From positions 10,019 through 74,018 of the forward strand of contig WRHU01000002.1 in assembly GCA_009783085.1 (NCBI GenBank): 64,000 bases of DNA, read 5' to 3'. The position numbers and the translations under genes were made by a program. This document shows, in pieces, positions 36,133 to 45,111 of the stretch. The notes beneath the pieces are model-generated. The model saw only the letters and a program-made list of their open reading frames with translations. It searched no databases and was not told the origin of the DNA. The DNA comes from Coriobacteriia bacterium (GTDB lineage Bacteria > Actinomycetota > Coriobacteriia > Coriobacteriales > UBA8131). Position 1 is the first letter of the stretch. Every line of letters begins with the position of its first letter.

Positions 36133-38802
36133 TCACGCTCCTTTGTTTTGTGTTGCTTCTGTTTGTGTTGTTGTTTTCTCTGACTGGCCTCGTTGCTCCA
36201 GCTGTTCTCTGTGTTCTAGTATGACAGGCTTTGCGTGTGATGCGTTGCTGGCACGGGCTACCATCGCCTGACCGTACGAAATACAGCCGTCGTTGGCAGG
36301 AAGTTCCTTATGGAGCAGCACCTCAAATCCTGCCTGCTCAAGCAAAGGCACGGTATGTTCAATAAGATAGCGGTTCATAAACACCCCACCGCTGAGGGCG
36401 ACCGTTGAAAGACCGCTTATTTTACGAGCGAACTCGGCGAGGTCTACCATGAGAGCGCAGATGGCATCGTGGAAGCGTCGTGCGATGGTTGGTGTTGGTG
36501 TGTCTATGGTGAGGTCTGCAAGAATTGCCTGGACAACCGGTTTGGGGTCTATGGTGAGCGGTATGGTGAGCGGCTGCGACGGCTTGGCCTGCGTAACGTC
36601 AAAATAATAGCGAGGGTCCCTCTCTTGCGCTGCCGCACGTGCCAGCTCGTTCTTTTTCTCTGCTTGAGCTACCGCCTCAAGCTCAATGGCAGGCTGTCCG
36701 TCGTAGGTTTCCTCCGTACAAATGCCCAGCAGTGCGCTCACAGCATCAAAAAGGCGCCCCATTGAGGAGGTTTGCGGAGTATTGAGCTTGCCCTCAATCA
36801 TCTGGTCAAGCAGGGCACATTGCTCTGTGCCAAGGGCATCAAGCAGCGGTTTTGCTGCTGAATGGTCAAGTATTTTGCAGCTTTTGAGCAGCGCATACGC
36901 CATACGATTGGGGTGTTTGATGGCAGCCGCCCCTCCCGGTAACGGCATATACGCAAGGTGGGCAAAGCGTTCGTATTTGGCAAGCGTGGCCAGCAAAACC
37001 TCGCCTCCCCAAAGCGCACCATCGCTTCCGTATCCCGTGCCGTCAAAGGCAATGCCTATAACTGGTTTGTCTAAAGCCCTTGGTTGGGTGGTGGCGTTTT
37101 CTGCCAGAACCGCAGCAATATGAGCATGATGATGCTGAACCTCGCTTACAGGCAAACCACAAGAACGAGCCCACTTGCTTGCAAGGTATTCTGGGTGCTT
37201 ATCGCACACAAGACTTTGGGGCGCAAGCGCAAAGAGCGTCTGGTACAAGTCTTTGGTGTTCATATAATTGCTAAAACTATTAGCACTTTCTAGGTCACCG
37301 AGGTGTTGTGAAACAAAGGCTTCGCTGCCGCGCACAAAACAAAAGGTACTTTTTTGCTCAGCTCCCGTGGCAAGCACTATCTCGGGAGAAGTGAGAGCGA
37401 CGGGTGTATCCTCAGACACCTGCTTGGGTAGTTTCTCGGGAAGCTCCACCAACGCTTTCTCAGACACCTGCTCGTGTGACAAAATCGTACCGTCCCCTTC
37501 TGGCAGCGCCAGCGGTAAGGGGGCGTAGCCGCGTGCGCGCCGTATCATGTGGGTACGTCCATCTATTACCCGCACCACGCTGTCGTCATAGCGCGAGCGA
37601 ATAGGACGATTGTTGTCAAGAAAGACATCGGCAACCTCCGCAAGCAAAGAATGTGCCTCGTTTTCAAGCGCAATAATGGGCTCTGAACTCAAATTGCCCG
37701 AGGTCATAACAAGCGGAACTCCTACTGCCTCAAGTAACAGGTGCTGCACAGGAGTTGAGGGGAGCATTACGCCAAGCTCGGGCAAAATGCCTGCCACCGA
37801 AGGAGCAATCAAGGTCTTGCTCTCTTCGTGCGCTTGCAGCAAAACAATCGGGCGAGCAGGGCTTAAAAGCAAGGCTTCCTCCTGCTCGTTGACCTCACAA
37901 ATTGAGCGTACCCCATCAAGAGAGGAAATCATGAGCGCAAAGGGTTGGATTGGGCGGCGCTTGCGCTTGCGCAAGCGCCGCACCGCCTCCTCATTAGTTG
38001 CATCACAGGCAAGGTGATAACCACCTAGTGCCTTAATGGCAAGGATTTTTCCTTCTTTGAGCAACTCAGCACAGCGCACTATACAAGCGTCACTTTCATC
38101 ACGGTTGCGCGCATGAACTACAAGGGGTGACGCCTTAGCTCCCCCTTCAACCAAGGTCAAAGACGGGCCACAGTCAAAGCAGGCATCAGGCTGCGCATGA
38201 AAACGCCGGTCTGCTGGATTGTAATATTCAGCGTCACACGGCTTGCACATATCAAAAGAAGCCATTGACGTGCTGGGGCGGTCATAGGGCAAGCGGTCAA
38301 TGATGGTAAAGCGAGGGCCGCAGTTTGTGCAGTTAATAAAGGGATAGTGATAGCGACGGTCGCTGGGGTCAAACAGTTCTTTTAGGCAGGCATCGCAGGT
38401 TGCAAGATCGGGCGATACCAGCGTTGAAGTTTCGGTTTCATTATCAGAAGCACGGATTTCAAACAAACTGCTTGCCGTTGGCTCATGGGCCGCAGCCGTG
38501 GCAGCCTCAGCAGCCGTGGCAGCCTCCGCACCCTCAATGGCCTCAGCACCCTCAGCAGCCTCCGCAGCCTCAACAACCTCAACACTTTCAATGCGGGCAG
38601 CGCTCGGTGCTTCACTCACTAAGGCATGCGCAAAATCAGCCAGCTTTTCCGCCGTACCAGCTACCTCAATATGCACGCCATCACTTGCGTTAAGCACCCA
38701 ACCACTCAAGCCGCGCTCTACGGCAAGCCGATAGACAAAAGGTCGCATGCCAACGCCTTGCACAATGCCTCGCACGTGTATATGTTGCGTTTCAAACCCC
38801 AA
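36133..38802 (-). CDS. hypF: Carbamoyltransferase HypF
   Basis: Acylphosphatase domain (VRGIVQGVGMRPFV), two CxxC-x18-CxxC zinc fingers, and YrdC-like and Kae1-like domains. The apparent start is TTG at 38802. Confidence 0.9.
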   Translation of the reverse strand: MGFETQHIHVRGIVQGVGMRPFVYRLAVERGLSGWVLNASDGVHIEVAGTAEKLADFAHALVSEAPSAARIESVEVVEAAEAAEGAEAIEGAEAATAAEAATAAAHEPTASSLFEIRASDNETETSTLVSPDLATCDACLKELFDPSDRRYHYPFINCTNCGPRFTIIDRLPYDRPSTSMASFDMCKPCDAEYYNPADRRFHAQPDACFDCGPSLTLVEGGAKASPLVVHARNRDESDACIVRCAELLKEGKILAIKALGGYHLACDATNEEAVRRLRKRKRRPIQPFALMISSLDGVRSICEVNEQEEALLLSPARPIVLLQAHEESKTLIAPSVAGILPELGVMLPSTPVQHLLLEAVGVPLVMTSGNLSSEPIIALENEAHSLLAEVADVFLDNNRPIRSRYDDSVVRVIDGRTHMIRRARGYAPLPLALPEGDGTILSHEQVSEKALVELPEKLPKQVSEDTPVALTSPEIVLATGAEQKSTFCFVRGSEAFVSQHLGDLESANSFSNYMNTKDLYQTLFALAPQSLVCDKHPEYLASKWARSCGLPVSEVQHHHAHIAAVLAENATTQPRALDKPVIGIAFDGTGYGSDGALWGGEVLLATLAKYERFAHLAYMPLPGGAAAIKHPNRMAYALLKSCKILDHSAAKPLLDALGTEQCALLDQMIEGKLNTPQTSSMGRLFDAVSALLGICTEETYDGQPAIELEAVAQAEKKNELARAAAQERDPRYYFDVTQAKPSQPLTIPLTIDPKPVVQAILADLTIDTPTPTIARRFHDAICALMVDLAEFARKISGLSTVALSGGVFMNRYLIEHTVPLLEQAGFEVLLHKELPANDGCISYGQAMVARASNASHAKPVILEHREQLEQRGQSEKTTTQTEATQNKGA

Positions 38803-38825
38803 GTGCAGCTCACATTTCGCACAAA

Positions 38826-39245
38826 CTAGAGATAAAGCCCAGTAGTGGTTGCCGTTAAGCGCCCGTGTTTGACACCCTTTACCCCCAAAATGGCATCGGC
38901 AATGCCGCGCACCACCTCGCTTTTGCCCCGCAGCACAATGACCTCAAGGCAGTTGTGCGCATCAAGATGAACGTGCATGGCGCTAATTATTTTGTCGTGA
39001 TGGGCGTGCTGCACTTGGTCAAGCTTGCCTTGCAAATCGGCAGCATGATGCGAGAACACAATGCTCAGTGTGCCTACAATTTCTTGAGAAGGGTCGTCCC
39101 ACTCCTCATCAACCAGTGCCTCACGAACAAGGTCGCGGATAACCTCAGAGCGATTTTTTGCCAACCCTCGGCGCGCGACCAAGCTGTCAAACTGAACCAG
39201 CAAGTTCTCTGGCATAGCCACCGAGAAGCGGATAAGCTCGCTCAC
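38826..39245 (-). CDS. nikR: Nickel-responsive regulator NikR
   Basis: N-terminal RHH (IRFSVAMPENLLVQFDSLVARRGLAKNRSEVIRDLV) and a C-terminal His-rich ACT-like metal-binding domain (HHAADL...HAHHDKI...MHVHLD). GTG start. Confidence 0.85.
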   Translation of the reverse strand: MSELIRFSVAMPENLLVQFDSLVARRGLAKNRSEVIRDLVREALVDEEWDDPSQEIVGTLSIVFSHHAADLQGKLDQVQHAHHDKIISAMHVHLDAHNCLEVIVLRGKSEVVRGIADAILGVKGVKHGRLTATTTGLYL

Positions 39246-39248
39246 AAT

Positions 39249-39503
39249 CTACACCAGCTCTACGGTAACGCCGTCTGTTTCTCCAGCCTCGCGCTCAACA
39301 ATGTCGCCTGCTTCCTCAAGCAAGGCACGAACATCGTCAAGCAGGCCCTGGGCACTCTTAAGCTTTGCAGCAGTTTTGGGCATTTGTCCGTCCTCAGCAC
39401 TATGAAAGCTCCGGTGCGTCCAACGGCGCGTGAGGGCGACCGCCTCGTCAATTTGCTCAATAGTGCCCTTGAGCTGAACAGCGTTAATGCCATTTGTACA
39501 CAT
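39249..39503 (-). CDS. Small acidic hypothetical protein, first gene of the nikR-hyp operon
   Basis: 84 aa. AGGAGG lies 5 nt upstream of the ATG at 39503. The stop is 3 nt before the nikR GTG. No family recognised. Confidence 0.55.
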   Translation of the reverse strand: MCTNGINAVQLKGTIEQIDEAVALTRRWTHRSFHSAEDGQMPKTAAKLKSAQGLLDDVRALLEEAGDIVEREAGETDGVTVELV

Positions 39504-39596
39504 GATAGCCTCCTGTGTATCTCTCGCGGATTCTTTGGGATTATCGAGTTGCTAGCGGAACACGAGGCGCATTCCACAGGTGCGTCTTACAGCGCC

Positions 39597-39920
39597 TTAC
39601 AGGTGCGGCTCAATACGATTAAGCAGTTCCTCTTTAGGCATAGCACCAACCATAACGGTAGCAGCTTCGCCGTCTTTGAACAAAACGAGCGTAGGAATAG
39701 ACATCACGCGATAGCGCATGGCAACTTCTTGCTCCTCGTCAACATTGAGCTTGCCAACATAGATTTGCTCGCCCAGCTCCTCAGCAATTTGCTCAACTAC
39801 CGGCGCAACCGCTTGGCACGGTCCACACCACGCAGCCCAAAAATCAACCAAATAGGGCTTGTCTGCCTGCATAACCTCGGTATCAAAGGTAGCGGCGGTA
39901 AGTACGGTAACGTTCGACAT
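39597..39920 (-). CDS. trxA: Thioredoxin
   Basis: 107 aa with the WAAWCGPC active site. Confidence 0.93.
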   Translation of the reverse strand: MSNVTVLTAATFDTEVMQADKPYLVDFWAAWCGPCQAVAPVVEQIAEELGEQIYVGKLNVDEEQEVAMRYRVMSIPTLVLFKDGEAATVMVGAMPKEELLNRIEPHL

Positions 39921-40248
39921 AAATGTTCCTCCTGTTGTAAAGCGCGAGTTTCATGGCTCGCAACAATAATCGGTAACAATACTCTTGTAGGATACCACCT
40001 TAGCACTCCAAGGTGATTCCACTATGGTAACACGAATGTGACAATTCGTAACCTGCTAATGTTATCTGATGCCGCCAGTGGCGGCGGCTTACTTCTTTTC
40101 TGGACTTCCAACAAAATAAACCCTATTGGGCTGTATGTCGCCCCGTAGCTTGCATCTCCGTCAGCTCAACCTCGAAGTACTCATCTCTCTCCGCATTGTT
40201 TCGTTTATACTTTATGCCTATCAGCAAAAAGGTTCCGAGGAGGTTTTC

Positions 40249-41229
40249 ATGGCTCTACTTGAAGCGCACGGACTCAAAAAGAACTTTGGCAAGGTGCAGG
40301 CACTTAGAGGCGTTGATTTGGACGTTAACGAAGGCGAAGTCTACGGTTTTATTGGTCCTAACGGCGCAGGAAAATCTACCACCATTCGCATACTTTTAGG
40401 TATTCTGCGTGCCAGTGAGGGCACAGCGCAAATCTTTGGGCGTGATGTCTGGAAAGATGCCGTTGAGATTCACAAAAATATTGCTTTTATTCCCGGCGAA
40501 ATGAACGTGTGGAACAACCTGAGCGGCGGCGAGATGATTGACGTTTTGCTGCGGATGCGTGGCGTGCGTGACGCTCGCTACAAGCAAGAACTCATTGAGC
40601 AGTTTGACTTTGACCCCACCAAAAAGTGTGGTTCGTACTCCAAGGGTAATAAGCAAAAAATCGCTCTCATTGCTGCGTTTTCTTCAGATGCAGAACTCTA
40701 TATTTTTGACGAACCAACCAGCGGACTTGACCCCCTCATGGGAACAGCGTTTAAGGAGTGCGTGAGAACAGTCAAGGCACAGGGGAAAAGTGTGTTGCTC
40801 TCCAGCCATATTTTGAGCGAGGTTGAAGATCTTGCCGACCGCATCAGTGTTATCAAGTTGGGCAAAATTGTGGACAGCGGCACGCTTGAGGATATGCGAC
40901 ATCTTACCCGCAACAACGTAAGTGCCGCCTTAAACACCTCTGCCGAGAAAATCCTCCCTAAGCTCAACGCACTTAAAGGCGTCTACGGTGCAGACGTCAA
41001 AAATGGCAGACTCAGCTTTCAAATGGACAATAATGCCACCGAGGAGATTATGAGCTTCTTGGTCAAGCACGGCGTTACGCATCTCAATTCAACGCCTCCG
41101 ACCCTTGAGGAGCTTTTTATTCAGCATTATGACGCTGATGAAAATGGTGCTGATACGATTGATGGTGCAAAGAGTGACGTTGCCGAGGTTGACGTTGCCG
41201 AGAATAACATTGCCGAGAGCGAGGCTTAA
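40249..41229 (+). CDS. ABC transporter ATP-binding protein (ABC-2 exporter type)
   Basis: Walker A GPNGAGKST, signature YSKGNKQK, Walker B LYIFDEPTSGLD. ATG at 40249 follows GAGGAGG. Confidence 0.88.
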   Translation: MALLEAHGLKKNFGKVQALRGVDLDVNEGEVYGFIGPNGAGKSTTIRILLGILRASEGTAQIFGRDVWKDAVEIHKNIAFIPGEMNVWNNLSGGEMIDVLLRMRGVRDARYKQELIEQFDFDPTKKCGSYSKGNKQKIALIAAFSSDAELYIFDEPTSGLDPLMGTAFKECVRTVKAQGKSVLLSSHILSEVEDLADRISVIKLGKIVDSGTLEDMRHLTRNNVSAALNTSAEKILPKLNALKGVYGADVKNGRLSFQMDNNATEEIMSFLVKHGVTHLNSTPPTLEELFIQHYDADENGADTIDGAKSDVAEVDVAENNIAESEA

Positions 41230-41231
41230 AA

Positions 41232-42992
41232 ATGCCCGCCACTGCAGCAACTCACAAACAAAAATTGAACTCGGGCCAAAATCCTGCTCCAAGCTCAAGC
41301 CCAAACCCTGCCCCAAACCAGAACCCTGCTCCAAACCCAAGCCCGAGCACGAGCTCAAGCCCTCTCTCGAACCTACTATCTGCCCTCACACGCACACCGA
41401 GCCTTTTGAGATTTACCCTACGGCTCGACCGTCTTTGGTTGCCGGGGTGGATACTTGCCTGCATAGTTTTTGCCATCAGTTTTATCCCCGTTTTACCCTC
41501 GCTGGTGGGCGACGAGCAAATGCTCAATGCGCTGCAAGAAACTATGAGCAGTCCTGCAGTAATTGCCATGTGCGGCATGATGTATGGAGATGAATACACC
41601 TTTGGCGTTATGTACACGCAAATGATGTTTGTGTGGTCGGCGCTGGTGGTTGGCGTTATGAATATCTTTCTTGTCAACCGTCACACACGCAGTAACGAGG
41701 AGGAGGGCCGCAGCGAACTTCTCGGTTCTCTGCCCCTTGGAAAGGCCGCTCCCCTTGCCTCGCTCACCATTATTGTGCTGGGTGCTAACGTGCTTATTGC
41801 GCTGGGCATTGCCGTTTGTATGCCCGCCTTCAATATGGAAAGTATCGATGTGGCTGGCTCGCTGGTTTACGGTGCGGGCATTGGTGGTATTGGTCTTATT
41901 TTTGCTGCTCTCACTATGGTTTTTGCGCAGGTGTGTTCCACCTCAAAAAGCACCATAGGGTTCTCGTTTGCGGCTTTAGGCATAGCCTATCTTTTGCGTG
42001 CCGTTGGCGACATGGGCGCAGATGCTGCCACTAATCCGTTGGGATTTATTTCTCCGTTTGGATTGGGTGAGAGAACCTTTCCGTTTTATGAAAATCTGTG
42101 GTGGCCCCTTGGCGTTATGGTCTTAGCGGCTGCCGTGCTTATCGCGCTGGCGTTTGTGCTCAATGCACGCCGCGACCAAGGAGCGGGCCTGTTGCAGGCA
42201 CGCCGTGGCAAAGCGCACGGCAGCCGCTTTCTCATAAGCCAGATAAGCTTGAGCTTGCGCCTTTTGCGTGGCACCATTATTGCCTGGGCGTTGGTAATGC
42301 TTATCCTTGGTGCATGCTACGGGCTCGTGTTTAACGACCTCAGCAGCTTTTACGATGCCAGCCCAACCATACAAGCGGTGCTGGGCATTGTTGACGGCGT
42401 TACTGGGCTTGAGTTGCTTAAACCCGTTATTGGCACACTCACCATGATGATGGCAACCATTGCCGTAGTGCCCGTGGTTATTATTGTTAATCAGCTGCAA
42501 AGCGAGGAGCGCCGTGGACGACTTGAGGTTTTGTTTGGTACTGCCTCGTCAAAAATTATTGCCTTGCTGAGCTACACCATTATTGCGGCAGTGTGCGCCC
42601 TGGTTTTTCAGCTGCTGGTGGGTCTTGGCATGTGGGCAGGAGCACTAGCAGTTATGGACAACCCACCCGCCTTTGAGATATTCATCAAAACTGCCCTAAA
42701 CACCGTGCCGCCTATTCTTGTTTTTGTAGGTTTGGCTGTGCTTCTTGTTGGCGTTGCGCCCAAGCTAAGCCCCATGCTGTGGGTCTTTTTAGCGTATGCA
42801 TTTCTTATGGTGTACTTTGGCAGCGTTGTTGATATTCCCGAATGGGCAATCAAAATCTCACCCTTCATGATTGTTGCTAACTATCCTGAGGAGGCTTTTA
42901 GGCTTGCTCCTTGGCTGGCGCTCACAGGAGTTTTTGTTGTTTTAAGTGCCGTGGGAATTATTGCCTACCGCCTGCGTGACATTAAGGCGTAG
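41232..42992 (+). CDS. ABC-2-type transporter permease (12-TM, fused)
   Basis: Starts 2 nt after the ATPase stop. Polytopic. N-terminal N/P/S-rich repeat. Confidence 0.72.
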   Translation: MPATAATHKQKLNSGQNPAPSSSPNPAPNQNPAPNPSPSTSSSPLSNLLSALTRTPSLLRFTLRLDRLWLPGWILACIVFAISFIPVLPSLVGDEQMLNALQETMSSPAVIAMCGMMYGDEYTFGVMYTQMMFVWSALVVGVMNIFLVNRHTRSNEEEGRSELLGSLPLGKAAPLASLTIIVLGANVLIALGIAVCMPAFNMESIDVAGSLVYGAGIGGIGLIFAALTMVFAQVCSTSKSTIGFSFAALGIAYLLRAVGDMGADAATNPLGFISPFGLGERTFPFYENLWWPLGVMVLAAAVLIALAFVLNARRDQGAGLLQARRGKAHGSRFLISQISLSLRLLRGTIIAWALVMLILGACYGLVFNDLSSFYDASPTIQAVLGIVDGVTGLELLKPVIGTLTMMMATIAVVPVVIIVNQLQSEERRGRLEVLFGTASSKIIALLSYTIIAAVCALVFQLLVGLGMWAGALAVMDNPPAFEIFIKTALNTVPPILVFVGLAVLLVGVAPKLSPMLWVFLAYAFLMVYFGSVVDIPEWAIKISPFMIVANYPEEAFRLAPWLALTGVFVVLSAVGIIAYRLRDIKA

Positions 42993-43003
42993 GGTTAGCA
43001 GAG

Positions 43004-43256
43004 CTTTGTCACCCAGGGCTTGATGCCTTTGTCGCCCCGCGCTTGACGTCTTTGTCGCCCCGCGCTGCTAGCATGTCGCACCGTGCTTGACACGGTGCCT
43101 GGGATTACGGCTGTGTATTGGGCAGGGTGTTGTCCAGAAAACGTATGCACGAACCTTCTGGACAACAACTACCACAAACCTACAGCTCTCCCGCTAGGCC
43201 CCGCGTCAAGCGCGGGGCGACATACTACAAGATTGCGGGTCAGGGACGCAATAACG
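43004..43256. repeat. Cluster of REP-like hairpin repeats
   Basis: TTTGTCACCCAGGGCTTGA matches 26820-26838. CTTTGTCGCCCCGCGC occurs twice. Hairpins at 43078-43098, 43129-43166 and 43199-43217. AAGATTGCGGGTCAGGGACGCAAT at 43229-43252. Confidence 0.85.
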
Positions 43257-43263
43257 CTACAAC

Positions 43264-43303
43264 AAAAGGGTGGTCGCGGGATTACTCCCGCGGCCACCCT
43301 TTT
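43264..43303. terminator. Bidirectional intrinsic terminator (rplT / ABC permease)
   Basis: GGGTGGTCGCGGG (43268-43280) pairs with CCCGCGGCCACCC (43287-43299) with one mismatch. Flanked by AAAA and TTTT. Confidence 0.65.
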
Positions 43304-43369
43304 GCTCCATACCTCTCCTTGTAGAGTACGGCAGCACTACTCTGCAGCAGTGCTTGTGTGCAGTAATTT

Positions 43370-43732
43370 TTACGCAGCAGCAAGTGCCTTTTTGGCAACC
43401 TCTGTTAAGGCTGCAAAAGCAGGGGCGTCATTTACCGCCATGTCGGCCAAAACCTTACGGTCGAGCATAATGCCGGCCTTTTTCAAGCCGTTAATAAATA
43501 CCGAATAGCTCATACCGTTAATACGAGCCGCAGCGTTGATACGGGTAATCCACAAACGGCGAATAACACGCTTTTTGTTGCGGCGGTCGCGGTAGGCATA
43601 TTGTAGCGAGTGCTGTACCTGCTCTTTTGCGGCACGATACGAGCGCGATTTTGCGCCATAGTAGCCCTTTGCACGGGCGAGAACAACACGACGTTTTTTT
43701 CTTGCAGAAACTGAACGCTTAACGCGTGACAT
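43370..43732 (-). CDS. rplT: 50S ribosomal protein L20
   Basis: [42 protein letters not shown] at 43732. Confidence 0.93.
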   Translation of the reverse strand: MSRVKRSVSARKKRRVVLARAKGYYGAKSRSYRAAKEQVQHSLQYAYRDRRNKKRVIRRLWITRINAAARINGMSYSVFINGLKKAGIMLDRKVLADMAVNDAPAFAALTEVAKKALAAA

Positions 43733-43782
43733 TGACAATCAACTCCTTTTTCAAATCCTTCATAACAATGGTGCGGGCTCGA

Positions 43783-43980
43783 CTAGCGCAAGCCCAAGTT
43801 CCGCGCAACAACCTTGTAGTCAGCCGTAGCAACTTCGCTCTCGTGGCGATAATTACGCTTACGCTTTTGCGACTTCTTTTCAAGAATGTGGCTCTTATAA
43901 GCCTTGCTGCGCATAATTTTGCCAGTTCCCGTTACGCGAAAGCGCTTTGCGGAACCTCTATGCGTCTTCATTTTTGGCAT
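43783..43980 (-). CDS. rpmI: 50S ribosomal protein L35
   Basis: [27 protein letters not shown] at 43980 lies inside the infC 3' end. Confidence 0.93.
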   Translation of the reverse strand: MPKMKTHRGSAKRFRVTGTGKIMRSKAYKSHILEKKSQKRKRNYRHESEVATADYKVVARNLGLR

Positions 43981-44584
43981 CTGCTTCTTCCTTTCCTTCA
44001 AAATCTGTAGCGAGCATGTCCTCGCCTGTATCCTCACTTGCGTGCTCTTGAACGTCTTGTTTTGTTTCCTTTTTCTTGAGCGGCGCAATGAGCATAAACA
44101 TATTTCTACCTTCGAGCTTGGGCTGGTTTTCAATAACCGCCTGCCCTCTTAAATCCTCGGCAAGCCTTTCAAGAATGTTAAGCCCAATATCGGGGTGAGC
44201 CATCTCACGCCCTCTAAACATAATCGTCACCTTGACCTTGGCGCCAGCATCAAGAAAACGCAGAATGTGCTTTTTCTTGGTTTCATAATCGCCCGTGTCA
44301 ATCTTGGGACGAAACTTCATCTCCTTGACTTCCGCCTTAGTCTGGTTCTTGCGCGCCGCCTTGGCCTTCATTTCCTGCTCGTACTTATACTTGCCGTAGT
44401 CCATAACGCGACACACAGGCGGGTCGGCATCGGGAGCAATCTCAACGAGGTCATAGCCCTCATCATCAGCAAAACGCTGGGCATCTGCAATGGCAAAAAT
44501 ACCTACCTGCTCTCCGTCGGCACCAATAAGACGGCATCGGCTCGCACGAATCTCATCGTTAAGCCTTGGCTCTTGTGTGCTTAT
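43958..44584 (-). CDS. infC: Translation initiation factor IF-3 (non-AUG start)
   Basis: Extending the ORF upstream in frame gives (ATA)[67 protein letters not shown] at 44582-44584 lies 9 nt after GGAGG. Acidic C-terminal tail. Confidence 0.85.
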   Translation of the reverse strand: MSTQEPRLNDEIRASRCRLIGADGEQVGIFAIADAQRFADDEGYDLVEIAPDADPPVCRVMDYGKYKYEQEMKAKAARKNQTKAEVKEMKFRPKIDTGDYETKKKHILRFLDAGAKVKVTIMFRGREMAHPDIGLNILERLAEDLRGQAVIENQPKLEGRNMFMLIAPLKKKETKQDVQEHASEDTGEDMLATDFEGKEEADAKNEDA

Positions 44585-44696
44585 AGTCGTTCACCTCCAC
44601 TGGCCGTTCTTTTTCATACATCCAATACGTCAAAAGTTACTCATAGAGTTGCGCGTGCTTTCCTAACACCGGCAAGCACCCCGCAAGCTTCCCAAC

Positions 44697-44724
44697 AAAA
44701 AAACCTGCCAGCAAAGTTGGCAGG
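44697..44724 (-). promoter_or_regulatory. Terminator-like attenuator hairpin in the infC leader
   Basis: On the minus strand, CCTGCCA-ACTTTGC-TGGCAGG is followed by TTTTTTT. It lies about 115 nt upstream of the infC start. Confidence 0.45.
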
Positions 44725-44955
44725 TCTTGGGAAAACGCCTTGGTGCGACACAGCGCCCGAGGCAAAATATCCTTGTAAGACCAGACAGCTTTGCGCCGTA
44801 AGGTGGGGAGAAAACCTCCCGCTTGTTGGTACTTTGTTGGTGCTTCGTTTTTGCACAAAACCTGTCAAAAACGCAGCTTATGCAGTTTAGCAGAATTATT
44901 GGCGCTCGTAAAGAACAATTTTTTTGGGAATTCTCTGGGGAATTGCCTGAGCGCT

Positions 44956-45030
44956 TTCTGGGCAACAACCCACACGTATCCTACCATTCTCCTGCTAGGC
45001 ACCGCATCAAGTGCGGTGCGACATACCGCC
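44956..45030. repeat. REP-like element homologous to 43156-43226
   Basis: TTCTGGGCAACAAC...TCTCCTGCTAGGCACCGCATCAAGTGCGGTGCGACATACC. Hairpin at 45000-45018. Confidence 0.85.
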
Positions 45031-45111
45031 AGACCTCCTGCGAGATGTTGCGAATTTCCTGCGAGTTTGCCGAGAATTATTGCCTGAGTAAATTCAGCTC
45101 ACTTTTTCTAG

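Noticed and set aside
38865-40016. 383-aa ORF on the + strand
   Set aside because: It runs antisense across three well-supported minus-strand genes (nikR, the small ORF and trxA). It has no RBS or recognisable motif. It is an overlap artefact of codon bias.
40071-40100. GCCGCC-AGT-GGCGGC hairpin followed by a T-rich run, as a terminator
   Set aside because: No + strand gene ends upstream of it. It lies in the trxA/ABC divergent promoter region, and its function is unclear.
44195-44968. ORFs 44195-44890 (+, 231 aa) and 44663-44968 (-, 101 aa) in the infC upstream region
   Set aside because: The first is antisense to infC. The second spans the leader hairpin and the REP-like element, with no RBS and a composition typical of non-coding sequence.
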